DNA of 64,000 nt from a virus. The position numbers were made by a program, and so were the translations under genes. Positions 1 to 10,920 of the stretch are shown one piece after another; position 1 is the first letter of the stretch, and the number at the start of each line of letters is the position of its first letter. The notes below the pieces were generated by a model. It saw only the letters and a program-made list of their open reading frames with translations, searched no databases and had not been told where the DNA came from. Location: positions 1 through 64,000 of IMG/VR virus record IMGVR_UViG_3300001199_000005; one strand, 5' to 3'.

Positions 1-1065
1 AGGAATCAAGTCTGACCCATTTCTAATAATTGTGAAGCGCGATTCGCTACAGAAATTATCAAACAACTTTTCAACAGAATTTGATTTGTTTCTTGCCTCA
101 TACGTTTCTTTTTGAATTATTTTTTCAGTTAGAAATGTAAGTTTAGCAAAAGCTCTTGCAGATTGAAGTTGTTTCTTAGTTCTGAATACGAACCTATCAT
201 TTGCGTTTGCTACTTGTATAATCTCATCTTTTCTATATAAGTATCCACTTTCTTTAATTAGAGTACTTAATAATTCTTCTGCAGTATTCTCCGGCACAAG
301 AGTGCATAAATCAATATAAACTGAATTAATAGTGTTATAATAAACTCTTATTTCTCCATAGCCACCTATTAAAATTTGGTCAATTATTTCTATATCTCCT
401 AATTGGTTTATTTTAAATTTAGCTCCTTTTTTCCAACCCCTCATTTCGTAGTAAGCTAAGATTTCATCTGGATTAGCCAAATCAAATAAATCTTTTCTAT
501 TAGCAGCACCACCCATTATAGGAACATAAACTCTAAAATCTTCATCAGTAAATGATAAGGTATCGTTGTATATGCAATCTACTTTTAAAATCATATCTTG
601 TCCCCAAGTTGAAGTATTTAATCCCGCCTTAATTGCTCTATCATGTCTAAATACTACTATATCTTCATTTTTAAATTTGAATAATGTGCTAGCATATAAT
701 ATAGCCCTATCATAATCATTAAAAATTGTCACGTATTCATCATTTATCAGATAATAACTAAGCACTACTGATTCAAGAATAGTGCCCTTTGAATGAACTA
801 TACTTTCACCCAACATTTTATGTGTTTTATCAATAACTACATAAACAGAATCACCTATAAATACTTCTACCCTATCCGCTGTGTAGTAAGGTTCTTCAAT
901 CCATTCATTGATTTTTTCTATTGGTATATCAATATATATAGAACCACTACGACAAGGGAAGTTGAAAAAACAACTTAATCCACTGTTATCTAAATCTCCA
1001 ACATTAACTCCTATAGTACCAATAGGTACATTTGGATGCTCTTTTTTTAATTTACATTTTTTCAT
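1..1065 (-). CDS. Hypothetical protein, partial (runs off window start); paralog of 26154-27020
   Basis: Not in ORF track. Translated by hand from ATG 1065 (MKKCKLKKEHPNVPIG...). Contains LANPDEILAYYEMRGWKKGAKFK, matching LATPIEQIEYYQQQGWVKGAKFK of 26154-27020. Frame spot-checked, not every codon. Confidence 0.75.
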   Translation of the reverse strand, partial: MKKCKLKKEHPNVPIGTIGVNVGDLDNSGLSCFFNFPCRSGSIYIDIPIEKINEWIEEPYYTADRVEVFIGDSVYVVIDKTHKMLGESIVHSKGTILESVVLSYYLINDEYVTIFNDYDRAILYASTLFKFKNEDIVVFRHDRAIKAGLNTSTWGQDMILKVDCIYNDTLSFTDEDFRVYVPIMGGAANRKDLFDLANPDEILAYYEMRGWKKGAKFKINQLGDIEIIDQILIGGYGEIRVYYNTINSVYIDLCTLVPENTAEELLSTLIKESGYLYRKDEIIQVANANDRFVFRTKKQLQSARAFAKLTFLTEKIIQKETYEARNKSNSVEKLFDNFCSESRFTIIRNGSDLIP

Positions 1066-2909
1066 TTAAAATCTTCGATTGGTATTGTATTAACAAGTAC
1101 TAATTCATATTCTTCTATAAATACATCTTTTTTACTAGATTCACTCAATAGTTTTATATGTGATTTCATATCACCTATTCTATTCCAAATTTTACCACCT
1201 TTAGCGGAGTAATAGGCTGGGTAACTACCTGCTCCAGAATATTGACCGTTTTGTTTAGCTTTATAAACAAATTTTTTATATGGATTAAATCCAATCTTTG
1301 AATGGAATTCATCTTTAACATGTTTTAAAGCAGCTATATAGCCTGCTGTATAAGCATCAGCTGGTATAGCTTGATTATTAATCTCTTCATTCAAGAAGTC
1401 TTCTAACTCTTTTGCTAATTTTTCTATTGTCATTTTATAAATTGAATCCAACCTAACTGTATTAATTCATCTACTGACTTACCTAAATAAGGTAGGCCAT
1501 AGCCAAGATTCTGTAATCTCTGTAAAGCTTCAACATAATTCTTATGATGAGAATTCGCTGAACCTAAAGGGTTGTGTTTACTTATTTCTTTGTAAACTAA
1601 TGTATCTCCAAATATAACTGTTTTATGCTTAAATGGACCCCACATTTCTGAATATTCTAAACCAGAAACTGTTTGTTCAAACTTAGCGTTATTAACTCCT
1701 AAAAGTTCTAATATTAATTCAACATCTTCCTCATAAGCTTTCTTTAAATCAAGAAGCTGTAATTTGTACTCCTTAATATGATTAATGATGTTTTTACCGA
1801 ATGTAAAAGAGTTACTCTGAATTTTTTCTAAAACATCAATAGTTAATCTAGCTGTGAAATTGCTGTTAGCGTTAATAAACTTTACTTCTACATCTGCACA
1901 ATCCAAATACTGTGCAAAAAACTTAAATTTTTCAAAGTCCATACTTATTAGTTACATATTTTTATTAACATAATCGCGAATATTTATAGCCTGTTCTTCT
2001 GATAGTCCCCAATTTATCTTTTCCATTGGGTTCCAATCTTCTATACTTAGATAAGGAGGTAAATTTTCTGGTATATTCTCACAATTCCAGAACCACCAAC
2101 AATCAAGCATACTTTGTGGTGTTGCATATTGATAAGTAATACCTAATCTCTTCATCATTTCTTGTGGATGGTAGTACGGATATTTGTTACACTCTGTAAC
2201 GTCGTACATGCAATCATATCTTAAGTGCTTAGCCATAATTTTTTGTTATCAAGTACATGTACATAATTATCATATGTAAACGGTATATGTGTGTTGAGAT
2301 TGTTAACATAGATATAATCTCTATCAAAGGTTATATCGTTATCTAATATTTTACTAACACTCCAATTGTTTACAGTAAACATATCAATATGGTCTTTTAT
2401 AAGTTCCCATAATTTGATACATTCCTTTTTGAAGTAAATAGCATGTCGTATATAGTGGTGAGAGTTTAACCAGCCTATAGCTGATATATCTATTACCCAT
2501 AATTCTTTTGTATTAAGATATAATTTAATATAATCATCATCATACACTTCTAATCTTTCAATTATATCACATTTTATAAACTCAACATCTTTAGTATCTG
2601 CTAAATACGAAATTACTTTTGTTATGTTATGTACTTCCTCTGTAATGAAGTGAGGCCCGCCTTGGTCTATTTTATAAACTTCAATTTCCATTACTCGATG
2701 TCTTTAAATTTAACCCATTCAGTATTTTTATGACCAAAGGCAACTTCACATTCTCCCTTATTCTTGAGGATAGCTACAAAGCCGTATCCTTCACAGATAG
2801 CTGTCTTATAGTGTCCTTCTTCAAGATTATTAAATATGTCCCAAACAGAGAAGTCAGGTTTAAAGCCTAAATCTTTCTTTTTAATGTATTCCTTACTATA
2901 ATCAGCCAT
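1062..2909 (-). other. Run of five short hypothetical phage CDSs (1062-1451, 1430-1942, 1952-2236, 2221-2691, 2691-2909)
   Basis: Tightly packed or overlapping minus-strand ORFs; no recognisable motifs. Confidence 0.7.
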
Positions 2910-2914
2910 TTTAT

Positions 2915-3520
2915 TTAAAGTTCTAATTTAAAGCCCTGATTAATCAAATGTACTAATGCAGAAGCGTTACCACAGCTATCGCTAACTGGGTTATGGTTAT
3001 GCGGAAAGTTTTTATTATCACGAAAACGTTTCCAAGGATAATACGGGTCATTGTAAAAACCGCAATACAAATCACCTATTCTTCTTGCTGAACGGCCAAG
3101 CGGATTACCGCCTGTATAAGTATGTAGATAGTAGTTAATAAACTGCCAGTCATATGCCGGGTTATCTGACCACATTGTAGCACCGTCAGGACAGTTTATT
3201 TTCAACCAACTAACAAAATCTTTCATTGTGTCTTCAGGCTTTGCAAACTTCTCATGCTCTTTTCTGCTGAAGCCTGAAATAGCTAAAGAATCAGGTCTCC
3301 ATATTATAGAGATAGGGCAAGTCTGACCATAAAAGGTTATTACCTTTTCAGGATTTGTTAGTACATCTGGTGTAACTATTACAACACCAAAGCAAACCAT
3401 AGAGTATGGTCCTGGTATAGGGCCATCGCTCTCTACATCTATTACAATATGTTTTCTATTTACCTTCATCTTCTCGTTGTTGTTCTTTAGCCATTTCATA
3501 CCCTGCCCAATTGTCAACAC
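2915..3520 (-). CDS. DEDD-family 3'-5' exonuclease (true start probably internal, MKVNRKH)
   Basis: IDVESDGP, SDNPAYDWQF and HNPVSD motifs. Confidence 0.75.
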   Translation of the reverse strand: MLTIGQGMKWLKNNNEKMKVNRKHIVIDVESDGPIPGPYSMVCFGVVIVTPDVLTNPEKVITFYGQTCPISIIWRPDSLAISGFSRKEHEKFAKPEDTMKDFVSWLKINCPDGATMWSDNPAYDWQFINYYLHTYTGGNPLGRSARRIGDLYCGFYNDPYYPWKRFRDNKNFPHNHNPVSDSCGNASALVHLINQGFKLEL

Positions 3521-3686
3521 CTGCTGCCTCTAGGTATGATAACCAAGAACTGTCTTTTTCTAATGAATCTAATGCTGCTTGACTAATAATAGCTACATCA
3601 TCAGTAAGCAAATCTATCTGCTCATCTGTCATTGCTGTGATAAGTGAATTTATCTTATTAAAAAGCTGGGTTTGCTTCGTTGTCAT
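3456..3686 (-). CDS. Hypothetical protein
   Basis: 76-aa ORF with LEAAGVDNWAGY motif seen in small phage proteins. Confidence 0.6.
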   Translation of the reverse strand: MTTKQTQLFNKINSLITAMTDEQIDLLTDDVAIISQAALDSLEKDSSWLSYLEAAGVDNWAGYEMAKEQQREDEGK

Positions 3687-4542
3687 CAGTTGTTAAGAAT
3701 TTTGGTGCGTGTGGGTAATTAAACTCTAGTCTATATTCATGTATTGGCCCTATAGAAGACTTATGTTGAGTTTTATAGTTTTTTGCTATTTCAAGAATGT
3801 CATCTAAGTGTTTGGCATCTCCTTGAATACAAAGCGATTTATACATAAGTGTTTTATGTGGTTGTTGTACTCTAATATCTCCGAATTTTGTTTTACAAAT
3901 TCTATAAGATTCTTGAGGCACAACTTTTACTTCAACTTTAATATCTTTAGCTAACAACGGCATAAAAAATGTATAATCCATAGAGCCGTAATGTTGCAAT
4001 ACATTTTGCATGTTTGTCGCTAATTTGGGCAACATGAAGTAAGGCGCTACCAAATCTATATCTCCTACTTTTCTATTGAGTAATCCATGTAAAACAAAAT
4101 TTAGACTACCGCTAATAATGAAACCTTGATTACTAAGCTCCACCGCCAGTTTAAGAATTTCATTAAATCTTTTCTCTTCTAGTGTAGAATATAAGACTTC
4201 ATCTCCGATTTCTAATATACTGCAAACAAGTTTATCATGCTGTTCATCAAGCTGCCCGTAACCGAGTACTTCATAATAAACAGTATTACGATTCTTGTCA
4301 GGCGGGTAGTATGTAGCTGCTTGTTCTAAAGTTCTGCAGAAATGAAATCCTGAATTACACATTTTAATCTGACCATAATGAATATTAGCTTCTTTTTGTA
4401 GAAATTCATACTTATTACATACTAATGCTCCTTCAATATTTATAAAGCCTTTAACTCCTTTGATTGCTTGTTCTCTTGATAAATTTACCATTGTATCTTG
4501 CGATTGTTTTAAAATTTGCAGGGTCTGTTGAGTCCCCTTCAT
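3658..4542 (-). CDS. Two-domain protein: N-terminal CxSGFHFC phage domain plus nucleotidyltransferase-like domain
   Basis: KGF...C..Y.F...CNSGFHFC, then IISGSL...RKVGDIDLV (GS...DxD NTase signature). Confidence 0.5.
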   Translation of the reverse strand: MKGTQQTLQILKQSQDTMVNLSREQAIKGVKGFINIEGALVCNKYEFLQKEANIHYGQIKMCNSGFHFCRTLEQAATYYPPDKNRNTVYYEVLGYGQLDEQHDKLVCSILEIGDEVLYSTLEEKRFNEILKLAVELSNQGFIISGSLNFVLHGLLNRKVGDIDLVAPYFMLPKLATNMQNVLQHYGSMDYTFFMPLLAKDIKVEVKVVPQESYRICKTKFGDIRVQQPHKTLMYKSLCIQGDAKHLDDILEIAKNYKTQHKSSIGPIHEYRLEFNYPHAPKFLTTDDNEANPAF

Positions 4543-5163
4543 ATACTTGTATATCTTCTAGTTTTATATTGATTCTAAGACCTTCTACTAACTTAGCTCT
4601 ATTCCTAAGCCGTAGCTTATCAGCGGGATGAAGGTTTGCAACTACAACAGTATAGCTAAAATTATACTGCCCTAAAGAATTTGGAGAGCTTACAAATTTC
4701 TTGTAAAGTACTCCCCAATTTCCATTTAGCTTAGTTACTATGCCTATCATTTAACTCTAACAATTATTAACCAATTATGAGTACGCTTCTTTACTTTGTC
4801 ATATATCCAAGAAGTCTTAGATGTATTTAATTCTTTAAGCAATCCAGAGTCATGCTTATCAAACACACCTACACTAGCCATAAGCGTTCTTAAACTTTTA
4901 ATAGGGTCATCAACTATCGTAACATCTAAAGGATTACCATAGTTTTTATAAACAAGGCCACCAAATGTTTTTGGACTTATTGATAGTGTGTCAACTACTA
5001 ATTTTGCTTGGATAGAATTAATATCTTCAGTAAAACCTATTATGGCAAATTTACTATTAAAGCTATTGATAAACTGGAAGATATTTGTTGTTGAGTCAGT
5101 TTTAAGAAAGAATCCTGTACTTTGCTTGGTATTAAACCTCACCTTTAATTGTTTTTTATTCAT
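4451..5163 (-). other. Two hypothetical CDSs (4451-4750, 4747-5163)
   Basis: Overlapping stop/start packing. Confidence 0.6.
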
Positions 5164-5558
5164 TGAGTTAGCTGTTGTTTTTTTAATAGTTTTTCACATT
5201 TACTTTTCCAGTTACTTCCTATAGCACTAATACCTCTTGTATCTGTAGTTGAATTTATTACATGTAGTTCATGGAAATCATCATCTAAGTGCCATAAGAA
5301 CCTATACTCTCTTATAGTTTCTGCTTTTTCTTCCATATTGGTAAATAGAATCTTTTCTCTTGGAATACCTACAGCGTCAACGACGCTAAACAAATCGTCA
5401 TGTGATATATCACCTTGTACAAGTCCAATATATCTTGTAGTATCCTCGAATCTGGAAGTACAAACATAAACATCTGTACCTCTTTCCACTAATTCCTTAG
5501 CATATTTCTGTACTGAGCCTCTGCTCAATGTGTTGTCAAAATCAAATGATACTTTCAT
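5160..5558 (-). CDS. HAD-superfamily phosphatase-like protein
   Basis: SFDFDNTL (motif I), CTSR (II), K and HLDD (III/IV). Confidence 0.7.
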   Translation of the reverse strand: MKVSFDFDNTLSRGSVQKYAKELVERGTDVYVCTSRFEDTTRYIGLVQGDISHDDLFSVVDAVGIPREKILFTNMEEKAETIREYRFLWHLDDDFHELHVINSTTDTRGISAIGSNWKSKCEKLLKKQQLTQ

Positions 5559-5797
5559 CCAATTACTTGGCTACCATCTAACATTTGTGAATCTACTATT
5601 AAGTATATAGCTGCCTTGTTATTATCTATATAATCACAAGGCCATGCTTTATACTTTTTATCTGGTCTAAAAACTAATTCTTTCATTCTCTCTTCAGTAA
5701 ATTTTTCTGCTTCAAATATATTAGCAGTATAACCATTCCCACCTTTTCGCCACCATTCAATAGCATTGCCTACGTATCCTCTTTGTATGTAATACAT
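5555..5797 (-). CDS. Hypothetical protein
   Basis: 80-aa ORF in packed series. Confidence 0.6.
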   Translation of the reverse strand: MYYIQRGYVGNAIEWWRKGGNGYTANIFEAEKFTEERMKELVFRPDKKYKAWPCDYIDNNKAAIYLIVDSQMLDGSQVIG

Positions 5798-5803
5798 ACT
5801 GTT

Positions 5804-8179
5804 TTAAATTAAACCTCGTTCCATCATATATCTATAAGACATAAAACCATGATATTCAGAAAACCAACCATATTCAATCTGCGGTATATTTGCAATATCT
5901 TTTTTTATAAACTTAGTGTCCGAATAAAGACTGTATTCAATTGGGGAAGGACATTTAGCTGGATGTAGAAATGGAGATAAGTGTTTATCTGTAAATAACT
6001 TTTTACCAAGTAATATATCTTCTTCAATAGTCTTACCTTCCCATTTTCCATAACTTCCTCTAGCTGCTCTGGCAGAAGAAACAGATGCTGCTAAATTATC
6101 AAAATCATAGACATTATCTAACTTCATAATACCATAGTCATGGATTTCATTAGACATCTTTTCATCTAAGTTGACAAGAGGTAAATGCCATTCACCTGGT
6201 TTTAACATTTTGAAGTCGTACTCATTATAAGCATCCCACATTTTCTCTGCTAAATCCATAAGATGGATTTCTGCCATTCCTTTATTTATATGCTCATAGC
6301 CTTTTGTAAGAATTTGGTCTATAAATGAATTATAATCCAGATTTAATTCATTTATTTTTTTACCCACCTCTGCTTCAAAATCTTTTTTAGATTTTGAATA
6401 GGAAGCTATATAATATTCTGTCCATTTAGAGTGTATTAATTCATATTGGGGGCATCGTAGTTCGAAAAAATTAGCGAATTCGGTCCCAGTCACTAACACT
6501 TCTATATAACTAAATGGTTCTAAAAGTCTATTGCAAAGTTGTTTAGTAACATTTTCTTCTGAACTAAGCTTTTTGACTACCTCTACAGCCCTGTCTCTGG
6601 CCTCTAACCATAATCTTCTACAATTATCTATATGATTTGGCGCAGTAATATAGCTAGTTCCCTGCATACCTTTGTGATTACGTTGCCAGAATGAAGGTAT
6701 AAAAGGGTCTTCTTCTATTTCTTTCAACATAACTGAGATAGGTTTTGCCCTACTATTATGTACAACTATCCCATTCGCTATAAAATTTTTATAGATTCCA
6801 GACACTTCAATATCATAAGTCTCTTCTGTACCTATTAATTCAATTTTTGTAATTGCTACAAATTTTTGTACTAAACGGTTGCCCCTTATTCTAGGTTTAT
6901 TTATATCCTTTGCCAAAATAACAAGATTTTCATGTAAATTTAAAAAATCTTTTAAATTTTTCTTATTTTGTATCCAAAGCATAAGCTCTAAATCTAAATT
7001 TTTACTGTGAATAAATCTATGTATTTTTTTAGATATTGGAATTAAATTAGTAATATCAAAAGCCTTATCTTTATTATGCCAAACTGGGTCAATATGATGT
7101 AACTCTAATTCAGTGCCCGAACCAGTTAATGCACATTTATAATTATATTTTTTCATTACTTCTATACGAGATTCTGTTAAAAATCTTGTTAATTTTATTT
7201 CAAAATCTTTATAATTTTTATAAGAATTGGGTTTTCTACGCTTATTAGCACTTATTCGTACATTAACTAAACTACTTTCTGGTAAATGATAAGTTTTACC
7301 TTTATTCCAAGAACTACGTTTTAAGTTATTACTTAATAGCGTTCCTATAAAACCTCGTATATTAAATTTTTTACAAGCTTTTTTAACACGGTCTTCAGTA
7401 GTGTTGCATAAAGTTGCTATATTACCATTTGTTCTTTTTTCTTGTTTACGGGCTAAAAGCCAATTATAGTCTAAATATTCTTTAGTTTCATTTATTATTT
7501 TCCTTCTACTAAAATGTAAACCGTTTCTTCTACAAAATGCACCTGCAGCTTTTGAAATTAATCCTTGTTCTTTGCAGATTTCTATTAATGATTTGTTTTC
7601 ATTTTTACCTTTAATAAAAACATTTAAATCAAATTTTGTCCCATTAGTTGATATTTTGGGTATATTTTTATTATAAGAAACTATGTTATTATTAACACTT
7701 AGTCCAAATTCTTTTAGTGTTATCCAACCAATCTCAGAAAAAATTCTATGGTTTTCAGTACATTTAAGTTTATATCCATTTTCTAAGGTTATTTCGTAAA
7801 CTGTTTGAACACCCTGTTTAAAACAATTTGTAATATGTGAAGTAATAAATTCTCCTGAATCTTCGTTTAGTGTTCTAATATACATACCTTTAATTCTTTC
7901 TTGCATTTTACGTCCCTTAGAATCACCCTCAAACCATTTAGTAACTATATCTTTAATAGTCATACTAGTATGTTTTCGTTTTATTCCTTTTTTTAATAAA
8001 TGTGGACTTTCTATAGTTATTATAGTATCCCCACTTAAACAAGAAGACGCATTTTTTGCAAGCATCTTATGAGTAAGAAGTTCACAATGTACCACTCTTG
8101 GATAACGCAATAAATAAGTTACTAACTTTTTGTCGTTATATGGATTTAAGCTTCCAGCTACAATTTCAACTGTTGTCAT
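5804..8179 (-). CDS. thyX: Flavin-dependent thymidylate synthase-like protein containing an intein (exteins about 362 aa)
   Basis: ELLTHKMLAKNASS|SRAKP after intein removal; KQLCNRLLEPF, NFFELR, ARGSY, HLSPFLH motifs. Confidence 0.8.
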   Translation of the reverse strand: MTTVEIVAGSLNPYNDKKLVTYLLRYPRVVHCELLTHKMLAKNASSCLSGDTIITIESPHLLKKGIKRKHTSMTIKDIVTKWFEGDSKGRKMQERIKGMYIRTLNEDSGEFITSHITNCFKQGVQTVYEITLENGYKLKCTENHRIFSEIGWITLKEFGLSVNNNIVSYNKNIPKISTNGTKFDLNVFIKGKNENKSLIEICKEQGLISKAAGAFCRRNGLHFSRRKIINETKEYLDYNWLLARKQEKRTNGNIATLCNTTEDRVKKACKKFNIRGFIGTLLSNNLKRSSWNKGKTYHLPESSLVNVRISANKRRKPNSYKNYKDFEIKLTRFLTESRIEVMKKYNYKCALTGSGTELELHHIDPVWHNKDKAFDITNLIPISKKIHRFIHSKNLDLELMLWIQNKKNLKDFLNLHENLVILAKDINKPRIRGNRLVQKFVAITKIELIGTEETYDIEVSGIYKNFIANGIVVHNSRAKPISVMLKEIEEDPFIPSFWQRNHKGMQGTSYITAPNHIDNCRRLWLEARDRAVEVVKKLSSEENVTKQLCNRLLEPFSYIEVLVTGTEFANFFELRCPQYELIHSKWTEYYIASYSKSKKDFEAEVGKKINELNLDYNSFIDQILTKGYEHINKGMAEIHLMDLAEKMWDAYNEYDFKMLKPGEWHLPLVNLDEKMSNEIHDYGIMKLDNVYDFDNLAASVSSARAARGSYGKWEGKTIEEDILLGKKLFTDKHLSPFLHPAKCPSPIEYSLYSDTKFIKKDIANIPQIEYGWFSEYHGFMSYRYMMERGLI
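6755..8041 (-). mobile_element. Intein (429 aa) with HNH-type endonuclease
   Basis: Starts CLSGDT; block B LKCTENHRIF; ends TYDIEV...NFIANGIVVHN then Ser+1; internal CALTG...HHIDP...NL...H HNH motif. Confidence 0.9.
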
Positions 8180-8516
8180 GTCTTCTTTGTGAATTCATTA
8201 AGTTTTCTATTATTCTCTCTTTCTCATCTCTTTGGTCTTCATCCAGGATTTCAAAAGGTTCTCCCAGATGATTAAAGTCGCCTGTATATTCATAGCATGA
8301 CAATATTCTATGGACTTGTGCGGCAAATTGTTGCCACAAATCAGACATGGTCTTTGGTGTTATACCATCTGTTTTATTTTCTAAATTAGTTGGTATTAAG
8401 TACCAAACATTATTTATGCACTTCCTTACATTAGTAAAGAAAACAATACGGTCCGGCAAAGTAGTTACACGCACTTGTGGGTAAATGTATATAGTATCAG
8501 TGGTTTTTAATCTCAT
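8166..8516 (-). CDS. Hypothetical protein
   Basis: 116-aa ORF in packed series. Confidence 0.6.
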   Translation of the reverse strand: MRLKTTDTIYIYPQVRVTTLPDRIVFFTNVRKCINNVWYLIPTNLENKTDGITPKTMSDLWQQFAAQVHRILSCYEYTGDFNHLGEPFEILDEDQRDEKERIIENLMNSQRRHDNS

Positions 8517-8973
8517 TTTTTAATTTAGTTAGTAATTCTCCTAATAGGTTTTGACCCCTCCATGTTTTTCTGTTTTGTGCTTCTCTATCAGTTTCTCTTA
8601 AGCCTATTCCCCAAATTGCGTCATAAGGATTAGCTTCTACTAATGTTCCTTTAGTTACTAGCAATTGTTTTAGTAAATCAAGATTTTGGTAAAATTTAGC
8701 TTTTAACCCGTTATAGACTATATGTTTTTTACAATTATCCCATATTAAACCATTAAACTCAGATACTTTTCTACCTAATTCTTTATGTATTTCAGGATTA
8801 TTGGTTTTCATGATTTTATCGGCAATGTTAAAGTCCATGAATAGTAGTGCCTTCTGATACATCATAAACTGCTCCATACAGTTGTATGTTACACCGTTAA
8901 TTTTGAAAATACAAGGATACCAATTACTAAAAGGGCTTTTGTCTTTCCAAAAGAATGTAAATTCTTCCTGCTC
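8497..8973 (-). CDS. NADAR-family protein (start uncertain; frame extends upstream of track ATG 8877)
   Basis: FFWKDKSPFSNWYP...MEQFMMYQKA...LGR...KF.QN...LVEANPYDAIWGIG...GQNLLG. Confidence 0.85.
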   Translation of the reverse strand, partial: EQEEFTFFWKDKSPFSNWYPCIFKINGVTYNCMEQFMMYQKALLFMDFNIADKIMKTNNPEIHKELGRKVSEFNGLIWDNCKKHIVYNGLKAKFYQNLDLLKQLLVTKGTLVEANPYDAIWGIGLRETDREAQNRKTWRGQNLLGELLTKLKNEIKNH

Positions 8974-9198
8974 ATTACTATTCGATTTTTCTGCATGAGT
9001 ATGATTTAACCTAATTGAGCAGCACTTCTTTTTATAAACTCTTCTGTAGCATTTGCTACTTCATAAGGCGGTTTCTGGTTATTATCCATAATTCTATTTT
9101 TTATAATCTTTTCTTTCTAAAAGACATTCCTCTACAACTTTTAGTAACCTATCAACTGTTTCTTGTTCTTTTACTGTCATTTTTATTTTGTTTAGATT

Positions 9199-9879
9199 TC
9201 ATTCTATTGGGCCACCTTTTCCATTAAATCTCATAACGGGTTTATTAAGTTTCTCATAACATTTCCAATTTAAGTAAGCATCAAATAACGCGTTGTGCTT
9301 ATTGGCATTTTCTAGTCCAAGCTCTTTCAATGAGTTTAAATGGTAACCGATTCCTTCTCCATTGGCAAGTCCATAGTCTTCTCTTGAACAATCTGAGTCT
9401 ACACCTCTGTCTTTGAATAGTGTATGTATGTCATAGAAGTCATAGTACTTAATATTTGGCAAATGTATTGGTAATCCTATTTTATGCCCACCCATAGTTT
9501 CATGTTCTGTAATTAAATCTAGTAACATAGGTGCATCTATTACCATAAAATCTGCCCAGAATTCAATAGATTCAAATTGTTTTAACCAGCTTTTAAGTAC
9601 TAAAGAAATATAATCTGTATACCCACTATCTTTAAAATGCTGTAAATATGTTAGTTTATTAAAGTTAGTATTGGGTTTAGTAAGCTTACTAATAATATTT
9701 TCTTTTACCCAATCATCAGCTTTGTCTGGATTAAAATCTGTAAATTCTAAGTAAATACTTTTTATTTCTTTGCCTGTTACAGCAATTATCCCTATACTTA
9801 TAGGGTCAGCGGTTCTAGCTACGGAAGTTGCTTCGAAGTCGTAGAAGCAGATTGTTTTATTCATCACAAAAATATTCAC
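9199..9879 (-). CDS. DEDD-family 3'-5' exo(ribo)nuclease
   Basis: YDFEATS...ISIGI...KHNALFDA. Confidence 0.7.
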   Translation of the reverse strand: MNIFVMNKTICFYDFEATSVARTADPISIGIIAVTGKEIKSIYLEFTDFNPDKADDWVKENIISKLTKPNTNFNKLTYLQHFKDSGYTDYISLVLKSWLKQFESIEFWADFMVIDAPMLLDLITEHETMGGHKIGLPIHLPNIKYYDFYDIHTLFKDRGVDSDCSREDYGLANGEGIGYHLNSLKELGLENANKHNALFDAYLNWKCYEKLNKPVMRFNGKGGPIE

Positions 9880-10920
9880 AGGGTAAGTTTTTAGTTCTAC
9901 TTATTGTGTGCTCTACTTTTAAAAAATCTAAAGCTTTGATAAATCCTTCTATTTGTGAATCTATCTTATGATGGTAATTATCACCATCTAAAACTGATTC
10001 ACCATTAATTAGTAATTCAGTTCTATCTTCACAACGGATACACGTATTAATCTGAATCAGCATCACAATTAAGTTGACAGCTTGCTTCTATTCTCTCTAT
10101 TTTATACTTAATACCTAAACCTGATAAGCCGAGGACAAATGCTTCTAACCCTATCTCTATTTCTTTATGTTTATTAGTCCCTTTTAGAACTAAATAATCT
10201 GTAGTAGTGACTGTTTTAAGCCCACAATCCTTACAGGTATTTACAGTAACTATTTCCATTAGTTAATACAAATAGCATTAGTTCTTGGGTCTGTAATAGA
10301 TGTGTCACTAGGTACGAACATGTTTGCTGCTTGGTCATACTTACCTTCCAAAGGTCCTAATATGACTTTATAGTGTTTATTACCTTCATTATAACTGGAA
10401 TAAACAACTTCTAGTTCCGCACTATCTGGATATTTAGCTAAATGATTGGCTAAACTTTTAACGTAGTTTCTAAATGTCATCTGATTGTTGGTTTTTAATT
10501 GTTTTTCTATACTCTAACATTTCTTTTAAATTAGAAATGAAATCTTCCCCTTGAGCAATAGTCGCCTCTAAACTATAGATAGTTAGATGATGGTTAGGGT
10601 TAGTTTTTAGAACATTTTCTAGGTCTTCTTTAACATTAATTAATTCTTGTTCAGTTTCTTTAATGTCTACCTCTACTTTTTCATCTGGAATGTGAGAGTT
10701 CTTCTCGAACATTTGAATTTTTTCCGCTGTCATCAATATTGATTTTAATTGCATTTTTAGGAAATACTTTTGAACCATTATCTGTTATTATCATAACTGG
10801 TCCTATTCTAATAATATAACCTTGTGTTAATTCTTTATAGTATCTAGCTATAAATACTATAATATCGCCCACCTTTAACTCATTACCTAAAAAATCTTTA
10901 GCTATATATTCTTTAGTCAT
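9857..10920 (-). other. Five short hypothetical CDSs (9857-10066, 10047-10259, 10259-10480, 10470-10778, 10681-10920)
   Basis: Packed ORFs; the first two share NTCxxC...HxI...EaF..aL and look paralogous. Confidence 0.6.
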
